Made by a program: the position numbers and the translations under genes
Assembly: GCA_951406725.2 (NCBI GenBank)
Contig: OX597828.1
Span: forward strand, 27,218,001 to 27,282,000
Direction of reading: 5' to 3'
DNA: 64,000 nt
DNA from: Octopus vulgaris
Lineage: Eukaryota
The notes under the pieces: model-generated
The model's input: the letters and a program-made list of their open reading frames with translations, nothing else
Database searches by the model: none
What the model was told of the DNA's origin: nothing
Shown: positions 25,312 through 39,763 of the stretch, piece after piece
Numbering within the stretch: position 1 is the first letter of the stretch
Layout of the letters: each line of letters starts with the position of its first letter

Positions 25312-26271
25312 AAACAACAACTCCCCTTCCTCGATATCCTCATTAAGAAAGCTAATAATATAATAGAAACAGACATATACTATAAGCCTACAGACTCTAA
25401 GCAACATCTTCCATTCAATTCATGCCACCCCAGACACACCAGGATGAATATCCCCTTCAATCTAGCAAAAAGGATATGCACTATAGTCTCTAACGCAAAC
25501 ACCAGAGACACACGACTACAAGAACTAAAAGATACCCTAATCACCAGGAACTATCCACCTTCACTTATTGACAAGTGCATTCAACGTGCCCTTCAACTTA
25601 ACATCAAGGAACTGAGACATCCCAAATCAAAGAAAAACTTACAACCAAAAGCCTTACCATACATCTCCACACACAACCCTCTCAATAACGAAGCCTTCGA
25701 CACCATCCTCCACAACATACCCCTCCTAAAAAAAGACCACAGAATGAACACAATCCTCCAAACACACACGATCATAAAAAGCAAAAGACAGCCTAGATCC
25801 ATGAAAAGTCTCCTTACACAAGCCCGAATTCACTCTTCAACACAGAAGCCGACAGTAAAAAAATGTGGAAGACCCAATTGCGGGATATGCGACTATCTAA
25901 TCGAGGGTTCTGAGTTCTCCTTCAAACAGGGACAACGGTTTACAGTGAAAAGCAACTTCACATGTGCTTCGGAGAACCTAATATACTCACTAACCTGCTC
26001 CGGGTGTCAAGAGCAGTACATAGGCCAAACAAAAAATGGTTTGCGTAAACGAATGGCCCTGCACAGATCCCAGATAAAAATTCCCCAAAACAGAAAAATA
26101 GCTTTTAGCCAACACATAGATACTTGCGCCAACAAAAAAACACCAAACTTCAGAATTTTCCCCCTCTACCAATTTAGGGACGATACAACCTCGAGACAAA
26201 GAATAAGTAAAGAAAATCTCTTTATTACAAAATACAAGCCACTTCTTAACGGGTCTACGACAAACAATTAA
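25312..26271 (+). CDS. Penelope-like polyprotein C-terminal part: RT motif E/thumb, Zn-finger linker, GIY-YIG endonuclease (N-terminus missing)
   Basis: LPFLDILI...TDIYYKPTDSKQHLPFNSCHP...IP...RI (PLE RT end and thumb), CGRPNCGIC (Zn finger), NLIYSLTCSGCQEQYIGQT...RMALH (GIY-YIG). About 320 codons without a stop. The ORF-track start at 25177 is flank and microsatellite read-through. Confidence 0.92.
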   Translation, partial: KQQLPFLDILIKKANNIIETDIYYKPTDSKQHLPFNSCHPRHTRMNIPFNLAKRICTIVSNANTRDTRLQELKDTLITRNYPPSLIDKCIQRALQLNIKELRHPKSKKNLQPKALPYISTHNPLNNEAFDTILHNIPLLKKDHRMNTILQTHTIIKSKRQPRSMKSLLTQARIHSSTQKPTVKKCGRPNCGICDYLIEGSEFSFKQGQRFTVKSNFTCASENLIYSLTCSGCQEQYIGQTKNGLRKRMALHRSQIKIPQNRKIAFSQHIDTCANKKTPNFRIFPLYQFRDDTTSRQRISKENLFITKYKPLLNGSTTNN

Positions 26272-26956
26272 TATACCTCAACTTTAGAATAAAAGAAAAA
26301 AATATATATACACACACACATACTACACTCCATAGAATCCATTACTAATCAGCCCCTTCATAGCTATATTTACACCCATTCATATTCTCCTTCTCTCTTT
26401 TTTTTCTTCTTCTTCTTCTTCATCATCATCGTTATCATCATCATCGGCGTCATCATCATCGCCACCATCATCACCACCATCTTCTCCTTCTCCTTCTTCT
26501 TCTTCTTCTTCATCATCATCGTTATCATCATCATCGTCGTCATAATCATCACCACCATCACCATCATCTTCTCCTTCTCCTTCTTCTTCTTCTTCTTCTT
26601 CTTCTCCACCCCCTACCCCTTAAGTTTGTCACTAATGTTTTTTAGTATAACACCTACGCTAATTCTATAAACAAGCCTGTCGATATAAATATTCTCCTGA
26701 ATTGAACTGAGACTGCCAGCCGCCACTGACCATTCAAAATACGACCATCAGGGCACTCCCAGATTCTCCCACCCCCTTTCCTCACCAGCCTTCCCTCTAC
26801 TACCCTACCAAGAACTCACAACTACCTGGAACACACAAGTGCAAACAAGGGAGTCAGAGAAAGGCAGAATGCCACTTAAATCTGAACACTACTATAGAAA
26901 TATTGTTTTAAAAAACTTTTCTTCTAATTTTTCTAAATTTAATTATTTAATCGTTA

Positions 26957-26994
26957 CAGTTGAAAAGGTCTCAAAATGACCGAAACCGGTACTG
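26957..26994 (+). ncRNA. Minimal type I hammerhead ribozyme, U3-A8 variant
   Basis: cag TTGAAAA ggtc-tcaaaat-gacc GAAA ccgg TA ctg. Palindromic ACCGGT stem III and a GUA triplet. Confidence 0.75.
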
Positions 26995-27128
26995 AAATGT
27001 TCACTATAAAATTATTTTAGCATTTTCTATTTTTTACTTGTTTTTTCATATATATATATATATATACATACATACACACATATATTTATATATACATATA
27101 TATATATATACACATACATATATATATG

Positions 27129-27174
<46 letters not shown>

Positions 27175-27175
27175 C

Positions 27176-27214
<39 letters not shown>

Positions 27215-29107
27215 CTATGTATGAATGTCTTTTCAGTTTGTGTTTGTCTTCCACCACTGCTTGACAACTGATGTTGGTGTGTTTTCATCTCCATAACTTA
27301 GCGGATTGGCAAAAGAGACTGATAGAATATTGACCTGGTTTTAAAAAGATAAGAAATTGGATTGATTCATTCAACCAAAATTTTTCAACGGCTGCCCCAG
27401 CATGGCCACTGTCCAACGACTGAAACAAGTGAAAGATTAAAATATGAAAGCTGACACTGACTTTGTAAAACTGAAAGCCACATCTTCAACTAGAAATATT
27501 AACTGCCATTTTTAATTCTAATGTGAACAGACAGTAAAAATGTGGGATTTCCAACTCTCATTTTAATAGAATGGTAGAAATACAATCAGATTAAACCTTG
27601 TTTCATCACCTTTAAATATAAGAGGCTTCCTTTTCAACGACCTCTTTCTTTAAATCTTTCTGCTAACCATCCTCACTCTCGCCACCACCACCACCACCAC
27701 CATTGACATCACCTCTACTCAGGTATTATTAAAATCCACAGCTCTTGTTTCTTCTTCTACCAATTATCAAAATTCACAGGTCACTCAATATGTTGCAAAT
27801 ATTTCTGTAAATCTTATGATTGAGAACCAGATAAGTGGTTCTCTGATATTAAAGTTTATCTCTTTGGAATCGAATCGATGGAATTAACTGAAACTTACAA
27901 TGAATACACTGGCAAAATGATGTATTGAAAGACTGGATTACAGATGGCCAATAATGGTAACTAACTGCATTTGGATCCCATAAGTAATTTTATCTCGCCT
28001 GTCATTTTGTCCAATAAAAGGGAAAAATTGCTTTCTCAATCATATAAAGCATCTGTTTAATCTACGCCCGCTGCAGTGTTTCTGACAAAATGTTTCTAAT
28101 AGTGTACAGAATATTTAGAAGAATACTTATGTAAAAAAACAAAAATCATAATGATGATAATAATAATAATAATAATAATGATAATAATAATAATAATAAT
28201 AATGATAATAATAATTGTGTTTTCAAACATAATTCTGTGTTGCATTACTATTTGTGTTAGTGTGACTAAATTAATCTACCGTAGATACTTTACATCAATA
28301 ATACCATTCTGGACATCTTATTGATTCTATTTATTATATTCATGTCAATGTTGTTATTGTATGTCTAGCTTATATTCTATGTCTTGCATTGTCTTGTGAT
28401 TCTTTTGAGAATATTTGTATCTTTGCTCTGTATACCAGTAGTGATCTATTTTCTCTAATAAACCTTTCTGTAATTTTGCAGTGATTTCCTTATTGTTCCT
28501 ATATCACACTTCACAAATCTACCAGCTTACCTGCAAGACACCCTTTCGTGTCCCTTCATTATACTTTAAGATCCTTCAATGTCATATCCTCACTGAAAGG
28601 TGATGAGCAGAATCACTAGCATGCCAGAAAAAAAAAAAAAAAAAGAAAGACTTCGAGTACCATTTCTTCTGGCTTTACGCTCTGAGTTCGAATACTGCCA
28701 GTCAACTTTTCATTTCATCCTTTCAGGGTCATTAAAATAAGTGCCGGTTGAACCCTAGAATCAATGTAATCAGCACCCACTGGCCCCAAATTTCAGGCTT
28801 TGTGCTTACAATAGAAATATCGTGCCCCATTCTGTTAATAAGTGTGTCGTCTTGCAAGTATTTGCTAATCTAATTGGTGGTACAAAAATACACCCAATGC
28901 ACTCTGTAAAGTGGTTGGAATTAGGGAGGGCATCCAAATGTAGATACCATGCCATAGACGGTATTGGAACTTGGTGCAACCCTCTGTCTCATTGGTTCTA
29001 GTCAGACTTTCCAACCCATGCCAACAAAGAAAAAACATAATTCTTAGATGGCGATCATGATGATATGTGTTTGTGTGTATAGGTGTATACATATGTGTGC
29101 ATGTATA

Positions 29108-29156
<49 letters not shown>

Positions 29157-29160
<4 letters not shown>

Positions 29161-29620
29161 GCACGGCTGTGTGGTAAGAAGCTTGCTTCCCAACCACTTG
29201 ATTCCAGGTTCAGTCCCACTGCATGGCACCTTGGGCTAGTGTCTTCTGCTATAGCCTTGGGCTGACCAAAGCCTTGTGAGTGGATTTGGTAGACGGAAAC
29301 TGAAAGAACCCCATCATATGTATACATGTACATATGTATTTGTGTGTCTGTATTTATCCTCTCAGCATCGCTTGATAACCGATGTTGGTGTGTTTACATC
29401 CCTGTAACTTAGCAGTTGGCAACAGAGACGGATAGAATAAGTACTAGGCTTCCCAAAAAAATAAATCCTAGGGTTGAATTGTTTGACTAAAGGTTGTGCT
29501 CTATCATGGCCACAGTCAAATAACTGAAACTAGAAAAAAAAAATATATATATATATATATTTAAGGCGGTGCCCCAGCATGGCCACAGTCAAATGACTGA
29601 AACAAGTAAAAGAATAAGAG
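29157..29620 (+). mobile_element. Family B SINE with duplicated tail
   Basis: Head gcacggctgtgtggtaagaagc...; the tail catggccacagtcaaat.actgaaac occurs twice. Confidence 0.8.
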
Positions 29621-29626
29621 TAAAGA

Positions 29627-29667
<41 letters not shown>

Positions 29668-29669
29668 CG

Positions 29670-30480
29670 TATACTCTTTTATTTCTTTCAGTCATTTAAC
29701 TGCGGCCATGCTGGAACACCACCTTTAGTCGAACAAATCGACCCCGGGACTTATTCTTTGTAAGCCTAGTACTTATTCTATTGGTCTCTTTTGCCGAACT
29801 GCTAAGTGACGGGGACATAAACACACGGACCAGCATCGGTTGTCAGGCGATGATGGGGGACACACAGACACACAAACATATACACACACATACACAAATA
29901 TCATCATCATCATCATCATCATTTAGCGTCCGTTTTCCATGCTAGCATGGGTTGGACGGTTCTGCTGGGGTCTGTGAAGCCAGAAGGCTTCATCAGGCCC
30001 AGTCAAATCTGGCAGTGTTTCTACGGCTGGATGCCCTTCCTAACGCCAACCACTCCGTGAGTGTAGTGGGTGCTTTTTACGTGCCACCCGCACTGGTGCC
30101 AGACAGAGCTGGCAAACGGCCACGAACGGATGGTGCTTTTTATGTGCCACCGGCACGAGGGCCAGGCGAGGCTGGCAACGGACACGAAATGGGGCGGTGC
30201 TGGCAACGGTCGCGAAACGGAAAGTTCTCTTACATGCCACCGGCACTGGTAACACATCTGCAATTTCCATTGATCGATTTCCATTGATCGATTTCGATAT
30301 ATACATATACATATATACGATGGGCTTCTTTCAGTTTCCATCTACCAAATCCACTCACAAGGCTTTGGTTGGCCCGAAACTATAGTAGAAGACACTTGTC
30401 CAAGGTGCCACGCAGTGGGACTGAACCCGGATCCATGTGGTTGGTAAGCAAGTTACTTACCACACAGCCACTCCTGCACC
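29670..30480 (-). mobile_element. Family B SINE interrupted by a family D element (~29900-30295) at its central microsatellite
   Basis: B tail at 29670-29900, D with (cat)n and tgccaccggcac units, B head at 30315-30480. Confidence 0.8.
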
Positions 30481-30984
30481 TATGTATGTATATATGTTGA
30501 AACTTTGAATGCTTCTTATTGTATCTCCGTTTCCGTATTGTGTGTTTCTTTTCTATTGCCTCTCTATATCTCCCATCCATGCTGTTCTATGCATTCTATA
30601 CAGTTTCCTTCAGTGTACGTTTCTCCCTCCATTCTATTTATCTTACATCTTCCTTGCATTTTGTCTCAGTATTCTATCTTGACACAACAGTGCTGTCTCT
30701 ATTGTGCTCCGCATTGCTACAGTCTCTCCTTCTCTCCTCCTCCTCCTCTCGTACAGTATTTCACGTTGTAATTTTGCTATTCTCTCTCTGCTTTCTATTT
30801 CATATCAGTGTTACTATTGTATCTCTATCATATATAATCTAGCATCTGTATTGCAAATATATCTCTTCCTTAGATCCCGCATTACTTGCATCTATTATAT
30901 TTATCCTATAAATCCTCTGTCAATGTATGTGCGTGTATTTTTATTTATATGCATATTTGTATGTACATGTGTATATGCATATAC

Positions 30985-31045
<61 letters not shown>

Positions 31046-31791
31046 TAAAAGTGCTTATTATATTTATTCCATACTGCCCATTATATACCTTCAATCATCC
31101 ATCAATACTCATTATATTTTATATTTCTTATTATCTCATATAAATATTGCCACAGGTTATCGCATAACTGTATATACATCATTGCTTAGAGTTATATTTT
31201 GTTCTCTGTATTTGATATCAATATTTAATATTCTTCAAATGCTGCAAACAAAAAAAAAAGAAACAGTAAAGAATACAATTTTGAACTAAATTGGTGCATT
31301 ACTCTACAGACTATCATTAAAGTTCTTTACATTGCATTTCCAAATGAGAAGAATTTGGTCCATAGAACATAACTATTTCTTGCATCCTTCACATTATTTC
31401 ACAACAAGAAAGAAAATATTAAGTTAAAATCATACACAATACAACCATCAGGTGATATCTGGCATTTTAATTGGAACTGTTGAGTTTCCAAACATTAAAC
31501 ACAGTATTTTAGGAATAATTTTCCTGCAAAGGTTTCTAAGCGTTTCTAGTGTTTTTACTAAATGTTGTGTTACAGAATATAAAAGAACATGTTGATGTGT
31601 AACTGTCGATAAAAGATCTTGTCACAGTGTAACACAAATTACAGAAGCAGCTGTTACAGGCAGCATAGGTTCAGGAATAGGTGTGCGCAGGGGGTGCAAG
31701 AGTATCCCCACCATTTTGGGTGGGTGGCAATGAAAGCGCTTTGTACATCCTGTTCTAGAGCTGAGTTTGCACCCCTATGCAAATTTTGGCA

Positions 31792-32201
31792 ATCTTTCGT
31801 CTCTAGTAGACCTTTCCGTCGATTTCCGTAAAAAAATTTTTTTTTTACATATGGGCTTGCGGGAACTTTTGAAGTAATGAGAGCGAAAGAGACTAAGAGA
31901 AAGTGATTGTATGACGAGGGAAGTTCTTTTGAAGTTACCGTCCAGGGGAAGCATTGTGTGTGTGTGTGTGTGTGTGTTTGATGGGGTGTGGGAGACAGAA
32001 AGTATGTTGTGTAAGTGAAGTGCTTCTGTTAGTGTGTGTGAAGAGACAGAGTAATGTGTGAAAGAAAGAGATAACTGAAATTTTTTACTCGGTGTATGTG
32101 TATATGTATGTATATTACTTCAAAAGTTCCCGCAAGCCCATATGTAAAAGAAAATTTTTTTTTACGGAAATCGACGGAAAGGTCTACTAGAGACGAAAGA
32201 T
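31792..32201. mobile_element. Young MITE with ~87-bp near-perfect TIRs
   Basis: 31792-31878 and 32114-32201 are reverse complements (atctttcgtctctagtagacctttccgtcgatttccgtaaaa...), with CpGs intact. Confidence 0.85.
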
Positions 32202-32823
32202 CGCCCGAATTTTCTTCCTGCACTTACACATCTTACATGAGGGAAAATTCAATTTCGTTAGAAAATCTAATGAATTAACTCCAATTAACTCTAATATGTT
32301 ACTGAGTCGATGAAGGTGATTTTGCTTGGGTGTTTCACCTGCTAGAAAATACAGCCAAATCTATTCCAAATTTCACTCATCTGCTTATAAAAAAAAAATT
32401 AAGGCCACTTTAGATAACAGTGGTTCTAGACACTGTATGGTTAGTATATTCGGAGCTGAAATGCCTGTAATCATAGGCTTTTTGAATTAGGGTTGACTAG
32501 AGGTGAGACATCAAAAACATCTATGCTGAAGACAGGTTTTTACATTTATGAAGCTTGGGAGTAATGAAAATTCGATTCCAGAAAGTTTACATAAAATCAT
32601 ACGTATAAACATATATGATGGGTTTCACACAGTTTCTAACAATTTCACTCATGAGGTATTGGTCAGCCCTGTGCTATAGCAGAAAACACTTACGCGAGGT
32701 GCTTTGCAGTGGGACTGAACCCGAAACCACATGGTTGCGAAGTGAAGTTCTTAGCCACACAGTCATGCCTGCACCTATGTAACATTTTATTTCCCATTCA
32801 CTTGTAACAATGACCAACACTTT

Positions 32824-32936
32824 GAAATAAAACCTTGACAGTCGTTTTGGATTCTTTAAGTGTATTTTAAGATAATGACTAACTTTGGCGGCTATCCATT
32901 ATTTGGTGAAAGTAGCTAAAACAGAACATTGCCCTT
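32824..32936 (+). repeat. 113-bp exact duplicate (copy 1)
   Basis: Identical by eye to 40430-40542. Confidence 0.9.
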
Positions 32937-35084
32937 AGTTGGGTTTGAACTCAGAAGTATGAAGCAAGGAAAGAGTAAAAAAATATTATTCTGGTATTAT
33001 CCTGGTATTTCCAAACCATATTTCTTTGCCTGTCAATGCATAAATTAAAATCTGACAAGCAGATAATTTCAACTTCATCATCTTGGTTATCTTTTAGTAA
33101 TAACAGAATACATTGCTTTCTACTGATATTAAAAATATAATAATAAATAATTATTTGTTTTTAGTTTAAGTTTTTAGATTCAGAGCATATTTTTATATAA
33201 TGGATTGACTGAACTAACAATACAAGTGGTTATATGAAATCAGAAAGCAGACTAACAAAATACTAACTCAAATTGTTATTTTTGATACATGAACATCAAC
33301 TAGCGCTTCTTAGCATTTGATTTCCCATCACCATCGCACACAATAAGCGTTTAGACACTGACATGCTCCTGTAGTTAATTTATTTGGCAGACATGTTTCC
33401 TTCTGGTTCTATCCTGCTACATGTCACATTTGGTGGATGTCTTCTATTAATAAATCCCTTGTCTGCTAGATTAACAAGTCTCTTGTGAGAGAAAATCGGT
33501 AGACTTGCCAACAATAGTCGCAAAGAAAATCCTGTTCTTGCAACTAGTAGATGACTATCAGAACATTGGTTGAACCAAATTGCAATTCAAGAATACTGTT
33601 AAGCAGAACATAAAAGCTCTATCCATCTCTTCTAAGAATTGGTACCAGATAACCGGTGATCATTCTGTCTTGGAAATATCTAATAAAGCCGCTCACGGTC
33701 ATTGAAGAAGGAACAGAAATGTCTGTCTGTCTATCTGAGTGTGTGTGTGGTACAGCCATGCAGGTAAGGTAGACATGAACTATTGGAATTCCGGATAGCC
33801 AGTTTCAATGCCATGCTTGTCAAAAAGCCTACAAGTCAAATGAAGGATTGAAGCAGCACTTGAACTTTCATAGTAGACAAGTGGAAGAAGAGAGCCAATG
33901 CTGAAATGAGACATTGCTGTACCATTTGGGATCAACTCTTCCAATACTTTTCAGGGTTCAAAAGTCATTTAAGATCTCACACTGAGAAAGAGCATTTATA
34001 AGTACAAGAAAGGATCAAGCTCTGCAAAGAGCAGACAACCAATATGTATGCATGTGCAGAGTGTGCATGTGTGTGCATATACCCAAACCTCTGGGCCATG
34101 CATCTTCACCATTTTTATTATATTTGTCTGGAATGTTATCATTCTTTTATTCCTCCTCCTGATCCTCATTTTCATTCTTGTTCTGGTTTGCTTTGGTTTA
34201 GAACAAATTTCTTTTAATACCAATAATGGCTTCCCCTCTTTTTGTCTATTTGTTTTTTTTTTGTTGTTGTTTTTTTTTTTTTGTTTTTTTTTTGCTGTAT
34301 GGTTAAGAAACTTTCTTTGCATCTACAGTGTTTTGGGTTCAGTTCCACCTTGATCAAGTGTCTTCTGCTATATAGTTCCAGGCTAACCAATCTTTTGTGA
34401 GTGAGTTCAGTTGACAGAAAGTGAGTGGAAGGTGGAAGCTCCTCCTTTGTGTGTGTGTGTGTATCTGTCCCCCACCACCGGTTGACATATGTGGTTGGTT
34501 TGTTTACATCCCTGTTACATAGCAGTTCAGCAAAAGCAATTAATCAAGCTTATGAGTAAATACTTGGATCAGTTTGTTTGACTAAAAATGCCCCTTCAAG
34601 GTGGTGCTCCAACATGGCCACAGTCCAATGACTGAAACAAGTAAAAGACAAAATATCACATGTGAGTCCTTTCTCATTGCTCCACCATTCACTTTTGCAC
34701 ACACACACACACACACACACTCTCTCTCTCTTTCTTCTCTCCTTTCTGTCTACTCTCTTTTTTTCTCTTCTCTCCTTTGTCTCTACTCTCTCTTCTCTCT
34801 CATCTTTTTGTTCTTCTTCCTTTATGTTATTCTTTCTTTTCTACAATAATTCATATTCTTTCAACCCCTCCCCCACTCTCTTTCATTCACTGGACCCTTT
34901 TACTCAAAACCTGATCCCTTTTCATCCCCTTCTTCTTATTTCTTTTTCTAGATCTCTCTTTCTCTATCTTCTCAAATTCATTCTCTCTTCCCTCCCTCAT
35001 ATTCTCTCCCACTTTGTATATCTCTCTAATTCTCTCTTCTATCCCTCCACATACACTCTTATCCTCTCCATCTCTCTCTCTCAT

Positions 35085-35125
<41 letters not shown>

Positions 35126-35437
35126 TCCATGTCCTTCTGAGAGTTCCCTTTCTCTCTCTTCATTCTTCTTCAATAGTTTTAGCCTTGTTCCACTCACTTT
35201 CTCTTGCTCACTTACGTTCTGTCTGTCCGTCCATCCATACTTCCATCTCTCCCCCTTTGTTTGCCTTTCTCTCTGCTTATCCCCCTCCCCTTCTCATCCA
35301 ACTCACACCACTGTTTTCGTGTATTCCTTGATGCACATATAAGCAAATTTCCATGTCTTCCATATTTGATTTCAGTTTATATTGCAAGTTTAAACTGTTG
35401 TATTCACTTTTACTGCATGTATTTTTCTGTGCATGTA

Positions 35438-35524
<87 letters not shown>

Positions 35525-35567
35525 ACATAAATGCATATATTTTTGTATGCACATGTAATTTTATAAA

Positions 35568-35608
<41 letters not shown>

Positions 35609-35631
35609 TGTACAAAGAGGAAATGTGTGTG

Positions 35632-35680
<49 letters not shown>

Positions 35681-36629
35681 ATACTTTATAAAGAGGAAAC
35701 ATTTTTGCAGATGACTTGGAAAAGCTTTTAAACTTCACCATGTTACAGAAGTCTGAACGAAACTCTATCCCAGCAAAGCGTGCAAAGGGGGTGCAATTTA
35801 TACACAAACATACACACATTTTTAGTTCTTAAGCTCACCACCAATAGGGACCCACTATGGAGCTGCACTTTCAACAAACACACCATCTTTTTAAGCTATT
35901 GGTTTTAGGTACAACAGATTGTCTTTAGATGGGGGTTTTTTTTCTTCTTCTTTTTGTCATTCTTTTTCTGTCTTTAAAACACAAATCCATTCTTTAGTTT
36001 TGGATTCCTTCTTCTTCTTCCCTCCCCCTCTATCTTTCTTACTCTTTCTCTTTCTCTCCCCCCTTTCTTATTTATTCAATTTTTCTCATTGTTGCTGGTG
36101 TTCACATTCTTGTTCTAATTCTTACTGTTGAATATCTTCTCTTTCTGACTCTTTCTCTACCTTACCCTTCTGCAACTCTTCTCTCTATTAAATTTAGGGG
36201 TTTTTATTCTTATTTATTTATTTATTAGCGTTTTCTTTGCTTACTTTTGTTTTGTTTTTTCTTACTCCTTCAGCTTCCCTGCTCACCTTTTTAAAACATT
36301 TCATACATCATTAGTATCTTTTACCATCCTCAAATCTCTATTTCTTTATTATATTATAGTTTCATGTTTACCCTCTTTTTGATAACCTCCCTTTTCTATC
36401 CCTCTCTAGTTACAGAAGTTCTCCATTTAATTCTAGCATCTTTTAGCATGAGAGCTTAACCTCTGTTCTATTTTAACAGAAATATTTTCTTTACTTTCTT
36501 TTTCAACCTCCATGTGTGTGTGTGTGTGTGTGTTATAGTTTTCCTTTACTCCTAAAATGAATTTGCTTGAGATCAATTTTCTATTTCGTTTATTTTTATT
36601 TCAAAAACATTCTTAAATTTGTTTTTCTT

Positions 36630-36688
<59 letters not shown>

Positions 36689-37307
36689 CACATTATGTAT
36701 ATACACATGTCCATACATGGACGGACACGCACACATATATATATATACATACATTAGGTATATATACACACACATATACATGGACACACACATATACATC
36801 CATATATACATACATACATAGACACACACACACACACACGCATATATGTTTTTAGTCTAGTTTTTACACCACTTGTATTTGAATACACATGACTCACTCT
36901 GTGAAATATTTTCGAGCAAAATACACTTTTACACATATGTGCATCTCTGTGGTGTGTATGCACGTATACAATGTACACTTACATTTTTATGTATGGGTAT
37001 ATAATTATTTGTTTATAAGAAGGTATGTTAGTGTGTACGCAACTGAAGTTTTAAAAAAAAATTATGGAAGTTTTAAAATGTACCCGACTGAAAACAGAAA
37101 ATAGGAAAAAAAGAAAATTTGTGATTTGTCTTTGTTCGTGGATTTTTCGTGAAGATCTTCTTTGAGTAAACATACCCTCTTAAGTTTTCAGTCGAACCGG
37201 GTTCTTCCAATTCAATTGGATCTTAACATACATTAAGCTTTTGACTTGTTGCTTTTGGAATTATTACATGTTGTTGTAGCTCTGTTTACTACTTTACACT
37301 GGATATG

Positions 37308-37348
<41 letters not shown>

Positions 37349-37405
37349 GTGTGTGTGTGTATATATATATACATGTGTATATGTGTGTATATATATATCT
37401 ATATA

Positions 37406-37444
<39 letters not shown>

Positions 37445-39540
37445 GTATATATACATATGAAGTGTGTATGTTTGTGAATATATACATAATATATATGTAT
37501 TTATGCATATATAGATATACATTCATATATATATAGACATAGGTAGATAGATACATAGATAGATATGCTGTGTGAATATATGTTTATACAGATATGTGTG
37601 TGTGTGTTTACATATATATATATATATATGTGTGTTTGTGTATATATGTGTATGTGTGTGTGTATGTATATATATATGTGTGTGTGTGTGTATAGATAGA
37701 TATATGTCTATATATATATATTGAGAGAGATACGTGTGTGAATGTGTGTTTATATAGATATGTGTATATATGTATATATAGATATACGTGTTATATATAT
37801 ATATATAATGTATATTTATGTATGTATATAGAGAATCATTTCAGAATAAGCATGCACTTCAGAGAGCCATATTGCTAGTTCTTTGCATTACTTTCTATAG
37901 TATTTAACAGGTGAGACACAAATCTATATCTGCTGAGGAAAACAGTCTGCTACAGGTGAATATTTTTTTAGGACATTTACTATCCATTACAGTAAATTAA
38001 CCTGTTGCCTTGTTAAAGTCAACAGTCTCATCTTTGTGTGTTGTTTGCTTTCTATTAAAGTGTGTTTGGTTTCAGGCATTCAAGCATCCCAACTTGCCGC
38101 TGGAGATCTTGGAGTTTCTGCAAATGGTCTTCCCACCTCTGGAACCTTATTTGCTGAAACTATAACACATAGACAGACTTAAATGCAAATGCACAATAAC
38201 AGTGGGGAGATATGTGTGTGTGTGTGTGTGTGTGTGTGGGCGGGTGTATTCATCCATTTTTTTATTTTTTACATGTTTCAGTCATTGGACTGTAGCCATA
38301 CTGGAGTACCACCTTGAAAAATTTATTTGAACAAATTCACTCCAGTACTTTATTTTTTAAGTCTGGTATTCGTTCTGTCAGTCTCTTTTGCCAAACTGCT
38401 AAGTTACAAGGATGTAAACAAACCAACACCATATTCTCATTATATATATATGTATATAAATGACATTCTCATTATATATATGTTTATAAATGTATGTATG
38501 TATGTATGTGTGTGTTTGCTCCTACCTCTGTTTGACAACTACTGTTGGTTTCTTTACACCCCCTTAACTTAGTTGTTCAGCCCAGAGACTGACAGAATAA
38601 CTACCAGATTTAAAAAGATGAATTGATTTGTTCTGCTCAACCACTGAAGTTACTGCTCCACCTTGGCCACAGTCTAATGAGTGAAACAAGTAAAAGTTAA
38701 AAGATATACTCACACACACATGAAGATAAGGTTTATTTCTTGCTTTGTTTTTTCAGTTTCCATCTACAAAGTTTGCTAAGAAAGCTTTGGTTAGCCCAAA
38801 TGCTATCACAGAAGACACTTGCCCAAGGTGTAGTACTGGAAACTATGTGGTTGGGAACATTTTATACCAGTCAAACTAAAATCCAATAAAACAACAACAA
38901 AACAAACTGGTGCTACCTGTGTTAAGATTTGAAACTGTGATCCCAAATGTACTGAACTCATTTCCCAAAAATATTTGCTTGATTTTTGTGTATTTCTGCA
39001 GCTTTTGTATGGTTAATTCTTTGATTAGTCTAGTTTAGTGGTAGTCCGTCATTGGGCAGGTCCTCTGCATGTGAACCTTCTCCAGCACTTTATGTATGAT
39101 TTCGGAGGGTCTGTACCCTTCCCTTTCGCCATTAAGTAGATTCCTGGAATTTCAGCTTCTGTGACTAGAGATGAAAATTGGAGTGGTTACCCATTGCCTT
39201 TTTCAGACTGGTGGGATTTGAACTCAGAATGTAGAGAGTTGGAAGATATACCATAAAGCATTTCTACCAATCTGCCAACAACTCTGTCACTCTCACACCA
39301 GCAGAGCAACAGGAAATGAACACAATGCAGTGCCTTGTTTGAGAATCAAACCTATGATCAGGTGATGATGAGTGCAGCATCCTAACCACTAGGCCACACG
39401 CCTTCACAATTATTTAACATCATTTTTCAAAGTGTTCCTCGCCTTAATATGATTTGTAAAGCATGGATTAATCAAAGTTGCTCCACCACACTTGATATAT
39501 CAGTACTTAAGTTCAGTATTACCACTGGCTGTGGCCATTC

Positions 39541-39763
39541 CGTTTCTTTATTATCCACAAGGGGCTAAACATAGAGTGGACAAAGGGATTAAGTCGATTA
39601 TATCGACCCCCAGTGGGTAACTGGTACTTAATTTATCGACCCCAAAAGGATGAAAGGCAAAGTTGACCTGGGCGGAATTTGAACTCAGAACGTAGCGACA
39701 TGCGAAATACCGCAAAGCAGCACTTTGCCCAGCGTGCTAAGGTCTCTGCCAGCTCGCCGCCTT
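39541..39763 (-). mobile_element. Family A SINE
   Basis: Full-length reverse copy; tggccattc is repeated on both sides. Confidence 0.85.

Larger units (their letters stand above)
25312..27047 (+). mobile_element. 5'-truncated Penelope-like retroelement (Neptune-like) inserted in (TA)n
   Basis: RT-thumb/GIY-YIG ORF, a 3' UTR with (TTC)/(ATC) repeats, a terminal HHR, and (TA)n tracts on both flanks. Confidence 0.9.
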
